A DNA stretch of 64,000 nt from Chiloscyllium plagiosum (lineage: Eukaryota). Position numbers and translations under genes: made by a program. A model generated the notes under the pieces. The model saw nothing but the letters and a program-made list of their open reading frames with translations. It was not told the origin of the DNA and ran no database searches. Positions 24,033 to 37,130 of this stretch are shown here, one piece after another. How positions within the stretch are numbered: position 1 is the stretch's first letter; every line of letters starts with the position of its first letter. The stretch lies in contig NC_057718.1 of NCBI RefSeq assembly GCF_004010195.1, positions 40,809,748 to 40,873,747 on the forward strand. Reading direction: 5' to 3'.

Positions 24033-26982
24033 GCCTGATTTAAAAAGACACTTTCAATGCCTGAAGAATATAATTTGCATAAAAAATGACAACACAGTAA
24101 CGCTTAATTTCATGAATGTAAGATTGCAAATAACACACAGTACTGTACTTGGAGATAAATAAATACATTTGCTCCTGATTAACTTAGTTTGTATGCAAAC
24201 AGTATCCATTGTAAGCAAATATAAGAAGGAAATATCAGTACATGTAACAATATGCTTCATCATTAAACAATAAGGTTAAATAATAGGTGTCAAAAATGCT
24301 TGCAATCTAGTAGTGACACAAGTGCATATTTTATTTATTAATAGTTTGCCAGATATTGCAATGGAACAAAAATCTGACAGTAAGACTGATGAAATTACCT
24401 CATATTGCACCGTATTGTGATTACTATAACTTATTTGAATGCTGTAAAGTTAAAAATACACTGAGTAGTGGAAATTTGAAGTATTTACTTGTGGAGATGG
24501 AGGGGGTTAGAATATGGGGGAAATTGGACCTTTAATTTAACACCCGAGGTCAGGCCTTAAGCATCTGTAGGAATTCTTCCTGGAAACTAATGATCATTGG
24601 AAACTGGCAGTCAAAACTAATTTATATTGCTCTTCCAGAGTGAAATTCCTTCCATCTTAGGAGTGCATTTCAAGAGATTATCACTTTGCAGAACCAACAT
24701 CAGTGTGACACAAAAACAAAGAATATTACTATATTTAAACACGTTAAACAGTGTTTACATATTACATTGTTTAAAACTTCTGTCAACACTTGCTCATAAT
24801 CAACACATACACAGAGACACAGAGATACATACGTGCATACGCACACATACATGGAGTATTAACAATATTTTGAGTCATCTTTCTGGTACAGTGCCATCCA
24901 TTATGTGCTGGAGTTTTTACAAGGAAGGTAATACTTTTAAGAGTGGAAACAGAAAACAGTTCAGTTTCCAATTGTGAGCTAATGCCTAGGTCACCATCAA
25001 AAGCTGAAAAGGGAGTTGATCCAAAATAAACAATGGCTGCACTTTTTTTTATATAAAAAAAGCTCTCTTTGATGGCTTCCAGTTATGTGCAAAAGAATGT
25101 AATGGTATTGACCTAAATGCTTAACAAAGAACTTACTACCCGAACATTACTCCTTCAAATGATGATAATTCCCATATCGCATTCGGCCTTGGTAATTCGT
25201 ACATTTTACATGAGAGTAGGGAAGCTGTCTGTACAGCAAGTTAACTAAATAGAAAGACACAAAATACATAAAACCTTAGAATTAAACCAAACCTTTTAAT
25301 CTTTCAATTTAATGTTAACATAATAAAAATGCACATCTCATAATTTTTTCCACTAAAATACTGAGTAGCCTAATGGTTCAAATCAAGCAACAAAAGCAAC
25401 ACAGTTGTGTGGAAATGTATTAAAACCTTTGAATCATCTGAAGATTTAAGAATACAAGCAGTCTAAACGGTAGAGATTATAATTTTATCACTTAATCAGT
25501 CATCAGTATTCCTGTGTGATGAACAATTTCTTCTGTCATGTTAAATTATATCAATTCAGACTGAGTTCAATCTCTTTGCACCTTTACACCTAAAGCAGAA
25601 ATCAGAAATGTAAAGAGAACAGGAGTAGTGTTGTAGATGTACAGAAATACATGCAGTTTACAATCCTGAGTTTACATTGTTATAAGTAAAACTGGATGAA
25701 TGGACCATTGCTCTCATTCCACTATCCCACAGGTCACAGGATAAAATAAATGTAATGTTTCCAGTTATCATAATGGTCAACTAAACACCTTTTCTATATT
25801 AGGTTTTAAATTTTTAAAAAGTCTGACAAAGAGGTTTCTTTATAAACACTAGTATTTGTTCATTATCAAAAGAAAACGTATTCAATTAAGATACAATAAT
25901 GGATTAACACTCATGGTTAGTAATAAAGAAGCATAAATACTTATCCCTCTAAATATTTCCAAAACACATACACACACACACACTTCAGCAAAGATTGAAA
26001 ACAATCAGATTCCTCTGCAAAGATTGGCTTTTTGGAAAAAAACTTTGATGATCAGCTATTCTTGAAGGTAAAAGCATAGAATGTTCTTAAATCTGTTGTT
26101 CTGGAGTTTTTTGTTCACGTGGCAAAGTTCTGGTTGTATCTGCAGTCTTCATGCACAGCTTGCTACAGGAAATGCAATATTGAAATGTTTTCTCAATCAT
26201 TCTTTCAGAAGAACACATAGGATCCATCATGAAACGAGAGAGTTACTTTTATGAATAGGAGAGATTGGCTGGGCAGCTCTTCCTTCCAGGCTTTTTGTTT
26301 CCCAGCTGAGACCAGATAAATACAAGAAACTCTCCAAGTCAGTCATTGGTCAAATATCCCCAATCAGGGTCTTTAGCAAAGCAAGCAGTGATTTTTCCTT
26401 AAACTTGTCTAAAAAAATCTCCAGTGTCCACAGTGACCTTTCAATCACTGCTTTCAAAGAACACACTCCAAATAATTCAACAATACTTAAATGAATCAAT
26501 TTTACGCATTCATTCAAAAATTAAGTGCTACAAAAATATTAGATATGAAGCATGTTTGTAAAACCTCTAAACTTGGAAATGTTAAACATCATTTTTAAAT
26601 TCAAAACGGTTTTCGACTTATCAAAGGATGCCTCCCGTTCCCTGATCACAGGTTTGATCAGATCTCCCTCAGCAATCCACATTGAGTGAAAAACCGGGTT
26701 AACCTCTCAACCACCATTTTAGCAGGAATTGTTCTCAAGATCATGGCAGCTGTGAATATAAAGATATAGTGGTGTTTTGCTTTTGGTTAAGGGCCCACTA
26801 AATCTACCAATATCGTACTAAATGATCCCTCAAAAAAGAATTAAAGGTGCTTGCATCTTGTGAAGTATCTTTCGAAGGCCTGACCAGTAAATCTGTTGAC
26901 CGCTATGTTTTAGATTGTCTGAATTCCCACATACCCTGGTATACAGTTTTCATGGGCCATCCTGAATATTTCTTGATGTACA

Positions 26983-27260
26983 GGTGGCATGGTGGCTCAG
27001 TGGTTAGCACTACTGCCTCACGTCAGGGTTCCAGGTTTGATTCCAGCCTTCGGCAACTGTCTGTGTGGAGTTTGCACATTCTCCCTGTACTCCGGTTTCC
27101 TCCCACATTCCAAAGATGTGCAGGTGAATTGGCTATGCTAAATTGTCCATAATGTTAGGTGCATTAGTCAGAGGGGGGATGGGTTACTCTTTGGAGGGTC
27201 GGTGTGGACTTGTTGGGCTGAAGGGCCTGTTTCCACACTGTAGGAAATCTAGTCTAACCA
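26983..27260 (+). mobile_element. HE1-type V-SINE with internal deletions
   Basis: GGTGGCATGGTGGCTCAGTGGTTAGCAC..., GTGTGGAGTTTGCACATTCTCCC, GGGCTGAAGGGCCTGTTTCCACACTGTAG. Confidence 0.88.
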
Positions 27261-27389
27261 ATTTGGGTGTTACCACCATCCAAAGAAGCGGCTTTCACAG
27301 GTCTGTGAGGAGGTCTCCACTTCTGCACTATCTTCCCACATTTCACATTGTAACATTCCCAACTCCCTTGGCTTCAACTTCAGTTTGAG

Positions 27390-28455
27390 TCAATTGGGCT
27401 ATTTAACCCTGGGTTGACTTTCTGGGCCTTCTTGAATGCTTCCTTCAGAATATCTAAATCACCAAATAATGTTTTAGATAACCATCTGGCCACGGCACCA
27501 GTTTGACATTCAATTATGGACTTTATTTAACCAGTCACTTGGTCACTACACATAAAGGAAATATTCTTGGAAGCTTCTCTACTGCTTGACCTCACTGACT
27601 TTTCTGTGATGAGTGGAGAATCTAGTACCTTCTCAACTACCAAATCCTTCCCTTGGAGTAGGTGCACTCTGTCTTTGAGTAAACAATGGACAACCCCTAC
27701 AGTTACTATTTAAAATAGATCACAGTTTAGGTCTATAGATATCAAGGTACAGGTAGATACTACTCACTAACATGGTTTGATAAAATCTTGGCATTGATGT
27801 CACTCTCTAGGGGAAAGCTATGGCTTTTCCCAACAAAAGAACTTGAGAGGCTCCTGTATCTTTAAGTATGACAACAGCTTTACTTGCCTCAGTGAAACAT
27901 TAATGAATTCCTTTTCCTTTTTGACAAGTATTCCCTGTAAATCTCAAATATCTTGTTTACTTCCCCTGTGTTTACAGCACTGTTTAGACTTGATCAGCTG
28001 CCATTAGAGTAACAAACCAGTCTGTTGCACTTCAGTCAGGGCTCCTTTCATTACATTGATCCTGTGCAACATGATAGCCCACAACTTCCAGCAATCTGCA
28101 CGAAGACATCCAACCCTGTGATAATGGAAACGATTAGGCCTGCCAACATTAATTCCACCTTCAGCAAATTCTGAAGGTTGTGGGGCAATCCCAGCTGTTC
28201 CTTCTCATCTTAGGCAAGTTGCTTTTCTTTCAACTTCCAACCTTATGACCTAACTGGATTCATGGGTCTGTGAAAAGAAAACATGTGGATTGTGGACTAG
28301 CTCATAATTATCAAGCATTTCTAATGCTTGTCTTGCAGTTGCAACGTTTTGGTTTTCTATATGAGTTCTTAGTAATGTAGGGAGCGAATTTTTAAATTCT
28401 TCCAAGAGAATTGTTACCCTAAGTGCACCACACATAGCTTCTATTTTTAATGTAC
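27390..28455 (-). mobile_element. Gypsy-type LTR retrotransposon gag-protease relic (SCAN-like gag)
   Basis: LRVTILLEEFKNSLP..LRTHIENQ...ARQALEMLDNYEL (SCAN/capsid-like), degenerate knuckle RFHYHRVGCLRADCWK (~28085-28135), protease LKDTGASQ (~27842-27866). Confidence 0.75.
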
Positions 28456-28459
28456 ATAG

Positions 28460-28740
28460 CATATGTTCCCATTCATCCCTCCATTAAGATCAATGGAGAA
28501 CTCTTTCCCACCATGGACCATTTCCCCTGCCTGGGAAGCTACCTCTCATCTAAGGCTGACATCATTGTGGAAATTCAAAATCATATCCAGAACTTTTCAG
28601 TAATGTGCGAGATCCACTGGGCAGCACTTCCTCATTGACTTCTTGTTCCCCAACTGAAAGACCAGATAAAAGCAATGTCCAGGGCTGTGCTGTTCAAACA
28701 GCCTTAACAGATGCACAGCAAAACGAACAGTCATCACCAA
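28460..28740 (+). mobile_element. RTE-clade LINE fragment
   Basis: PSIKINGELFPTMDHFPCLGSYLSSKADIIVEIQNHI resembles RTE RT C-terminal I.G..L..VD.F.YLGS.LS....ID.EI..RI. Confidence 0.65.
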
Positions 28741-29175
28741 TAATGTGATTTCTAGGAAGACTTGTTAAAAAAGATTTCCAATATCCAAAATGACCTTCCA
28801 ACTTTCTCTCTTAAAGGAGGTCCTTTACTCCAGGTACTTCTACACATCTTAAAAGAAACTGATTTTGTCACAATCCTTCAAAGTTTAAGGACTCCAAGTA
28901 ATGTTAAATATAAAGCATCTGTATAAGAGCAACAGAACTGATTTTGAACAAATATCTGAAGAAGGAACCTTATTCTGAAGGATAACATTGCAGTAAATAA
29001 AAATTATACCACTTACAAATAAAAATGGAGAGCCATTATTACGTAGGGGTTACAGAATCAAGTAATAATCGTAGGATAATGATAGTCTAGATGGTCAGAG
29101 GCATTATCACTTTCATTAAGTTATTCAGCTGAGGGGCAACTTGTGCTCTGAGCAGAACCAAGTGTGATAACTCAA

Positions 29176-29556
29176 CAGCATGGAAACAGACCTTTTGGTC
29201 CAACTTGTCCATGCCAACCAGATGTCCCAACTCAATCTAGTCCCACCTGCCAACACCTGGCCCATATCGCTCCAAACCTTTCCTATTCATAAACCCATTC
29301 AGATGCTTTTTAAATGTTGCAATTGTACTAGCCTCCACCACTTCCTCTGGCAGCCAATTCCACACATGCACCACCCTCCGCGTGAAAGAATTGTCCCTTA
29401 GGTCTCTTTTATCTCTTCCCCTCTGACTCTAAATCTATGTTCTCTAGTTCTGGACTCCCCCACCCCAGGTCAAAGACCTTGTCTACTTACCCTAGCCATG
29501 TCCCTCATGATTTTATAAACCTCTATAAGGTCACCCCTCAGCCTCCGATGCTCCAG
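29176..29556 (-). mobile_element. HER1/CR1 LINE 3' end
   Basis: Reverse complement of the sequence family at 9620-10000. Confidence 0.92.
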
Positions 29557-30394
29557 GTCTTGAGAAATGCCAGGGGCTGCTGTTCCATAGAGGTTCCTTC
29601 ACATCTTTACAGTAGAGTAAGTTGTTGAAATGGAGGAAATAGAGGTAAAATATAGTGTCCATCTCATTCATGTAAATGGAAAATGTTTGCGGAATTCCCA
29701 AGCCACCCTAAGGACTCTGATACTCAATATTACTTCTCCAACACATTGTTTGATGGAACAACCACTTCTACTCATCTGATATCAAATCTCTTATGAAACA
29801 AGTAGTTAAAGTCATTATTTTCAGAGCCCTGCATAAAAATAACTGTTCTTCTAATTACTTGAAACCTGTGACATCTTGCTTGGTAAATGCACTATGCAAG
29901 TTGTTTTAATTGATTTTTATTTTCTATTTATCTGTTTGTTTTTAATGTGATTTAATTCTCTGTGAAGGGTATGATGTAATTATAAAAACAGCCATTTACT
30001 ACACTAGCTGGCGAATGTCCCTGATACTCAGCAGAATACTGGAAACTGTTACCTTTACTTTTAAATAAAGTGCGAGTGAGGCAAACAAGTGAAAATTGTA
30101 ATGCCCAATGTTTCAATTTGAAATTATTTGTTCCATGATAACAAAAAAATTGCAACACCAGGCACGCTGGATTTCTATTGTGATAGTTTTCATAGAATTA
30201 TTGATTTACAGCTTGCTGTTTTCTTCATTTGCCCTCCGTTTTTCAATACTGTTGTGGTAGAAGCTGCTTTTGTTGAGAATCTCGCACAAACACCTATGCA
30301 GAGGTCTCACTGATCATTTAGAGTAGTGCATTACATCATTTTGGCTAGCAGCCTGTCAGTGAGGCATTGCCAGCACTCTGGGCCTGTGCAAAAG

Positions 30395-30420
<26 letters not shown>
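30395..30420. repeat. (GT)n microsatellite
   Basis: Direct observation. Confidence 0.95.
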
Positions 30421-30425
<5 letters not shown>

Positions 30426-31439
30426 CATTATGTAAACCAGTACTAAGAGGAAGCTGTAGCAAATGTAACTTTAGTGAAAACTGCACAGAGCCTGTTAGCC
30501 TTATACATGTGCATGTTATAGAAGCATCTTTCTGTCACCAGTGCTTTAAAAATACTTAAGAAGTCAGGTTTATTGTAACAACAGTGTCTATTTATTTCTG
30601 TTGGAACTTTGAATGTTTTTGTTTGAACTATGAGAGCTGAATACATCATTGGAAATTGACTGAGAGAAGATGTTGAACTCCAATGCATTAGGAACTTGAA
30701 TCAATAGACAATGCTTAAGTTGCAGAAATGCCAGAAGATAATGATTACGTTGTATCTCCCATAGATTTTAATACATCTATTAAGATCAGTAACTCCACCT
30801 AACCAGTTTTAAATGAAGTAATCAGATATCAAAGTCTGCTTTGTTTCTTTTCATAAGTAATAGTGGATCTCCTATGGCTTTGATTACAGGTTGTCTGGCA
30901 TCTGGAGCACAGATGTGTTGTTTGGCTATTAACCTGATCTGTACCTTTAAGATCATTGCTTAGGCATTTTGTCGGGATGTCTGATAAACGCACCTCAACA
31001 TCTATCAGAATTTAACCATTGTCTGGAGAGAGAGAGATTACAGGTTGTCAGGTGCTTACAAGTGTCCAACTCAAGGTCAGAATTAATGTATATTTCTTTT
31101 TAAAATACACTTTTCAGGTTTTGAAACGTGATGGTTGAAATGCCATGCTTGGAACATGACAGGCATTCATTCACAAAGAGTATATCTGTTGATCTCTCAG
31201 GATGTTGCACGTGGAGAATCAAGATCTAGATAGTGTTGAAACATTTTATATCAATATTCTAAAATAAAATGATGAGAGAACATGATAGAACAAAAGAGTA
31301 CTGAAACCTGTAACAGCATGGATCTTTTTTATAAATGGAGAGATAAGACAAAAGATGTGTTTTAATTCTTGACACAACATAACTGTAGTAAGAATAATCA
31401 GTTAGGTACTTGCTGTGTTTTAGCTAATTGCACACTTGC

Positions 31440-31650
31440 ACTTAAAATAGTAAATCTAAGTCAGATTCTCAGTGGTACTTATAGGATCTGTTTCTCAAAG
31501 AGATGTCGCTCTCTCAGGTAGTTGTAAACTATCCCATTTCTATTTCAAAGAAGAATAAGAAGCCCTCATCGTTAGTATGATGCACACAATCATGGAATTG
31601 GATGTGTTCAAGTCATGAAAGGTGCTATATGGATGCAAGTCTGTCCTTTC
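31440..31650 (+). mobile_element. Decayed DeuSINE-like (SacSINE1-type) SINE
   Basis: CTCTCAGGTAGTTGTAAACTATCCCAT..CTATTTCAAAGAAGA resembles the Deu domain; tail GAAAGGTGCTATATGGATGCAAGTCT. Confidence 0.5.
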
Positions 31651-31835
31651 AGCTCTGAAATAACAGCAGAAATGACATGCATCTTAACTCACACAATTAA
31701 TCACAATAAATATTGAAGTACAATTAAAAAGGGGCCAATGATCAACTCCAGAACTATCTAAGCTCCGGGCCAAGGTGTTCCAGAACAGCTGGAACATCTG
31801 CAAATTGGTCAGCTATGTCCTATGCGTACAAAATA

Positions 31836-33075
31836 GAACATTGCATCAACAAACATTTCACGTCTGACCTTGTGATGGAAGGAAGTTTATTGACGAAGCA
31901 GTTAAAGATAGTTTCTCAGGGAACTACCCTGAGAAACTCCTACAGTGACATAGAAGGCTGTCCTCTGACGACCACAATCATCTACATGCTGGGTTTGGCT
32001 CTAACTTCCAGAGCGCTTTTCCTGATGTTTGTTGACTACAATTTTTCTAGGACTCTTTGATGGTACATTTAGTCAAATCTGGCTTTGATACCAAGGACAG
32101 TCACTCTCCCTTCACCTCTGGGAGTCAGCTGTTTTGTTCCCTGCTTGGACTAAGGCTGTAAGTGATGACAAGTGAACCTGGCAGAAACCAGGCAGAGTAT
32201 CAGTGAGAAGATTATTGCTGTGCAAATGCCACTTCATAGCAGTACTGAATGACTCTCTTCATCACTTTACTGATGATGAAATGTAGACTGACAGGACAAT
32301 AATTGGCCATGTTGGATTTGTCCTGACGTTTTGTGTACAGGGCTAACGTGAGCAATTTTACATTGTCGGGTTGACGCCAGTGTTGTAGCTGTATAGGAAC
32401 AGCTTGGCCAGATGCACAGATGGCCCAGAAGCACAGGATTTCAGTAGTATTGCCAGTAGTAGTACTACCTGCATTATTAGGCATTTCAGAACCATTCATA
32501 ACTCCACAGATACTGAAGCAGTTATGTCCATTCGCAGCAAGTTCGAGGCAACATCCAGGTTTAGCTCAATAATGGCATTTAACACTGATGCCCCACAAAT
32601 GCCAGGCAATGATCATCTCCGACAAGAATCCAACCATCTCCCCATGATGTTCAATAACATTAGCAGCACTGAAGCCTGACTATTAACGTCCTATGGATCA
32701 CCATTGACCAGAAACTTACCTGGACCAGCTAAATGCAAAAGCAGGTCAAAAACTGTGAACTCTGCAGTGGGTAACCCACCTCTTGGCTCCCTTAAGCCTG
32801 TCAACCAGCCACAAGGCACAAGTCTGGAGTATGTTGGAATACTAGCCTGGATGAGTTTAATCTAACAAAACTCATGATTTGGAAATATATTGTGGTTCCT
32901 TCACTGTCATTATGTAAAATAAAACCTGGGACTCCGTTCCCCACAACGGGTGGATCTACAAGAGATTGAACGCAGCAGTTCAAAAAAGAGGCTTTCTATA
33001 ACCTTTCCAAGAGCAATTACAGTTAGGGAACAATTGTTGACCATTCCGGTGATGCTCACATCCCAGAAAATAATA
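31836..33075. mobile_element. CR1/L2-group LINE with inverted 5' segment (minus 31836-32456, plus 32485-33075)
   Basis: Minus: QDKSNMANYCPVSL..ISKVM through GV(S)QGS to MFVD..MF; plus: FRTIHNSTDTEAV...KAQVWSMLEY, then 3' UTR. Confidence 0.8.
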
Positions 33076-35347
33076 TTTTGAAAAAATAAGCTAATACAAT
33101 TAATAACAACAAATTCAGAAGTGACATACCTTTTAGATCAATAAATTATTAAGCAGCAGGTGTGATTGAACTAACAGCAGAGGGAACAGCAACAAATCTA
33201 TCAACTAATAGAGCTACAGGAACAATTGATGAGTACATTCAAAAGCCAGTGGGCATGGCAATATATCAATTGATAATGAATATGATAATAGATAATGTAG
33301 CTTGTAGCTCCATTAATAGATAATGATTACCAGTGAATTATTAAACTCAAGAGAGCATTAGACAAATACAAATCAATACATTAATGTATAGGGGTACCTG
33401 GAACAGTAAACATTGGCAAATTCATAAATCAGCTCAGAATAAGAGATCGGTCAAATAAAATTTCTCCCTTCAAAGCATTGTAAGTCTTTAGAATTTCAAC
33501 CCCAGGGAAACCCCAATGACTCTCAGTCATTGATGAAATGCACAACAGACACAGATGGATACTGAGAGAATCAAATGAAATGAGGACAAGATAGGAAAGT
33601 GAAATTGAGATAGATTCGTCACATTTGCATTGAATGGCAGAGTAATTTTGAAGGGTTGAAGGGCTGAACGACTTACATCAGACTCGGATGCATTTGTAAT
33701 GCATTTTAATTCACTTTGAAAAGCAATGCAATGATTAAAACTTTAAAAAAATATATTTTATTGCACCTTTTGTTGAGGATTACTATTGATTTCTTTCCTT
33801 TAATTTGCAGTCAAAGAAAATCTCCAGGAGTTTTTCCCCTTTTCAGCTTTGACTTATTCTGAATATCAGTCCATACTCACAGGCTGTTTAATGAAAAATA
33901 CATTTACCATTGACTCAACTTCAGATGCAAGTCTGGCTATATCACTCAATTTCAAAGGAGCTACAAGCTACATAAGACCCAAAGCTGACATGGTCTCTTA
34001 GCTGCTTCATTCAACGATTCTCATCTATAGGCTATGTGCTAACTAAGTCACAGAGTTAAATGCAACAATAAATAATCTCATCAGACTCCACTCATTTCTC
34101 TGGCACTGTGACGCTCGTGGCTTGTTCCCAGGTAGAAAAACAAATTAACTATCTTTTTATTTCTAAAGCTTTCTTTAATTTTGGAGAACTACACAAATAA
34201 TTTATCATATACTAGAATAACTGCAAATTTCATATCTTCTATTCTTTAGCGAAGTAAGCTCACCTGCTGTTTCATGATCTTACTTTTCAAGCTGGTAAAC
34301 TCTCAAGTCAACACAAACCCAAATGGTTAAGTGTACAAAACTCCAACCTTGTCTGAATTACATTTCCTTCCACATTTCTTGATAGGATTTTCCATTAATA
34401 TTACATTAGATACTTTAACATCCAAACTAAAAGTTCTATGCCTAAATAGCACAGTTAAATTCTGATACACATGAATCAATGAAATTGATATTAGTAAAAA
34501 TATTGTGTCATATTTCAGGTTCTTTTCATTGTTTTTCCACAATAAGGTGTAATGAACTTATTTTTTACTTTTGTGACTTTAATAAACTGTGGACTGTAAA
34601 GCGAAATAACTTTTTTCCCCCAGAAAACAGGGATTTACTATGATGGCTACATAACTTCACAGCAAGGAATTTGATACCTAATGTGAACTTTTCTTTGTAG
34701 CTATGGGCTGCTGCAATTTGCAACAATCAGGAGCTGAGAAGTTGTTTACAGGTGAAGCTGATTGGTTCTCACCTAACTGAGCAATTTGGAACTGGAAACA
34801 AGTTATAAAGGCACAGACACATAACAGCGAATAGGACACAGAAGAATGTGCTGTTGTTCTCCCAAAGAAAAGTTGCCTGATTTCTACAGTAAAAAAATTC
34901 TCAGTTTAAACTTGGAAAATTTAACTTGGAAAAAAATATCCTTATCTTTCTTGTAGAATTCGTTGTGAGGTGTGTTTTTTGAATTGATAAACCAGAAACA
35001 TTTTTTCAAGTGACTGAGTTGCTCTTCTCTTCTTATAAACCAATGGAACTTTCCAGAAGAAAGGCATCTGAACACCCAAGGGCTTTGCTAGCCGAAGTAG
35101 TATCATGTCAATATTGCTACTGGGAAGCACAGATCACTGAACTGCACCAATAATCTTTTATCCCCATTTATAGTCTGCATGTATGCAATAGGGAGTTTAT
35201 AAATCAATTAGAATTTTAGTCAGTGGTGTTATATTCCAATGGTTTATCTCTGTTTCCCTTGTTTAGTAAAGAAACTTTATTTATGCTTTTTATCAACCTT
35301 GTTCTGAAAGTCGGGTACATTGGGATATTGTGTGTATCTTAAAAAAG

Positions 35348-35480
35348 TTTTTCCTGAAGAAGGGCTTATGCCCGAAACGTCGATTCTCCTGTTCCCTGGA
35401 TGCTGCCTGACCTGCTGCGCTTTTCCAGCAACACATTTCCAGCTCTGATCTCCAGCATCTGCAGACATCACTTTCTCCTC
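35348..35480 (+). mobile_element. 133-bp Penelope terminal-repeat-only insertion with 15-bp TSD
   Basis: TGTATCTTAAAAAAG at 35333-35347 and 35481-35495; body matches the 3' ends of the Penelope copies at 23118-23245, 39611-39742 and 54340-54435. Confidence 0.9.
35354..35381 (+). ncRNA. Minimal hammerhead ribozyme, best-preserved copy
   Basis: CTGAAGA-A-GGGC-TTAT-GCCC-GAAACGTC: complete catalytic core, perfect stem II, ACGT palindrome replacing helix III, GUC cleavage triplet; helix I only ~2 bp. Confidence 0.75.
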
Positions 35481-35779
35481 TGTATCTTAAAAAAGCCTTA
35501 ACATTTGGTACGACTCCAGGAATAGCAGATCTCAACTTACAGAGGTGCTTTCCCAGTGGATTGTAACAAAGGATTAGTAGAAAAGTGACTTTTAAGGCAG
35601 AGTTTATTGCTGCAACTCAAAAAGACATCTGAGGAAGTAAAGTTTGTAATGATAATGAGTTAGACTTACTGTTATTGCTTCATAGGTTGTAAATTACAAT
35701 TGGTTCAGCAGCTTGTATTTGCAACTGAGAAATACCCACCTCCATGGTCCCTTCATTCTTTATACTTTACTATGAGTAT

Positions 35780-36080
35780 AGGCATAAGAACAAGGAGCAG
35801 GAGTAGACAATTCACCCCTCGAGCCTATTTTGCCATTTGATACAATGATGAGTAATCTCATCTCCACCTCATCTGCACTTTCCTGCCCACTTTCCATAAA
35901 TCTTCATACTATTGCTGATTAAAAATCAATTTATCATCTCCTTGAATAAACTAGCATCCACTACACTCCAGCATAACGAATTCCGCAGATTCATGACTCT
36001 TTGAGGGACATAATTTCTCCTCATTTCTGTTTCAAAATCTGCTACTTCTTATTCTAAAACTATGACCTTGTATTCTAAAG
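35780..36080 (-). mobile_element. Old CR1 3' end
   Basis: CATAAGAACAAGGAGCAGGAGTAG tail; minus strand encodes MRRNY..QRVMNLRNSL. Confidence 0.7.
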
Positions 36081-36571
36081 GCATAGAGTACAAATGTCAG
36101 TCATCGAACAAAAGTCTACTTTTTGCAAGAATGTCAGTTGAGGTAAATCGGTCCCAAGAGAAAAGGCCTCAAAAGTCATGGTGCCACAAAATTGATCAGC
36201 TTGTGTGAGGAGAGATGATCCACAGATAGTTAGCACCTTTATTACTTTTCTGTTTATAAAAGAGGGTTACAATACATTTCTCCCAAGGTGTTCACAGGAA
36301 GAGTGGGGACAGGGGAAGGCCCAAAATAACCAAAGATTTCCAAAGTGTTTGGTTAATCATATGATTAAAAACATTAACAGGGTTTTTTTAACATTAATAA
36401 TCCCATTTTGTGAATCAAAATTACTTAATTTCTGTAATTTTATGATTATTTGTCATTAAATTCTCAACTAATGAAGAAAGAAATGAATAATAGAACCATT
36501 TTAAAGATAAACTTGTATCATGTGATTGTTCCATTTATAATAGTTGGTACATGGAAATATTTTGTAAAATT

Positions 36572-37130
36572 ACATTGGTGAGGCCACTTTTGGAGTACTG
36601 TGTACAGTTCTGGTCACCCTGCTACAGTAAGAATAGTATTAAATTGGAGAGGCTCAGATTAGATTTATCAGGATGTTGCCGGGACTGGAGGGTTTGAGTT
36701 ATAAGGAGAGGCTGGATAGGCTGGGACTTCTTTCACTGGATCATAGGATGTTGATGTAAACCTTTTAGGGGTTTACAAAATCATGAGAGGCATAAATAAG
36801 GCAAATAACAAAGGTCTTTTCCCTAAGGTGGAGGAATTCAAACTGGGGGCATATTTTTAAGGTCAGAGGAGAAAGATTTATAAGGGACCTGAGGGACAAC
36901 TTTTCCACATAGCGTGTGGTTCGTATGTGTAATGAACTGGCCGAAGAACTGATAGATATCAGTACAGCTACAAAATTTAAAATACATTTGAATAGGTATG
37001 TGAATAGGAAATGTTTAGAGGGATATGGTCCCAACCAAGGCAAGCTGACGAGTTTAGTTTGGAAAACTTGGTTGGCATGGACTGAGTTGTCCCATGGGTC
37101 TGTTTACTCTATGCTGTATTACTCTATGAT
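36572..37130 (+). mobile_element. CR1/HER1 LINE 3' portion
   Basis: LVRPLLEYCVQFWSP, LSYKERLDRLGL, RDNFF..VVRMCNEL, CTCTATGA tail. Confidence 0.9.

Noticed and set aside
23186..24038. Long ORFs of 181-267 aa
   Set aside because: Artefacts of the 304-N gap inside a Penelope copy
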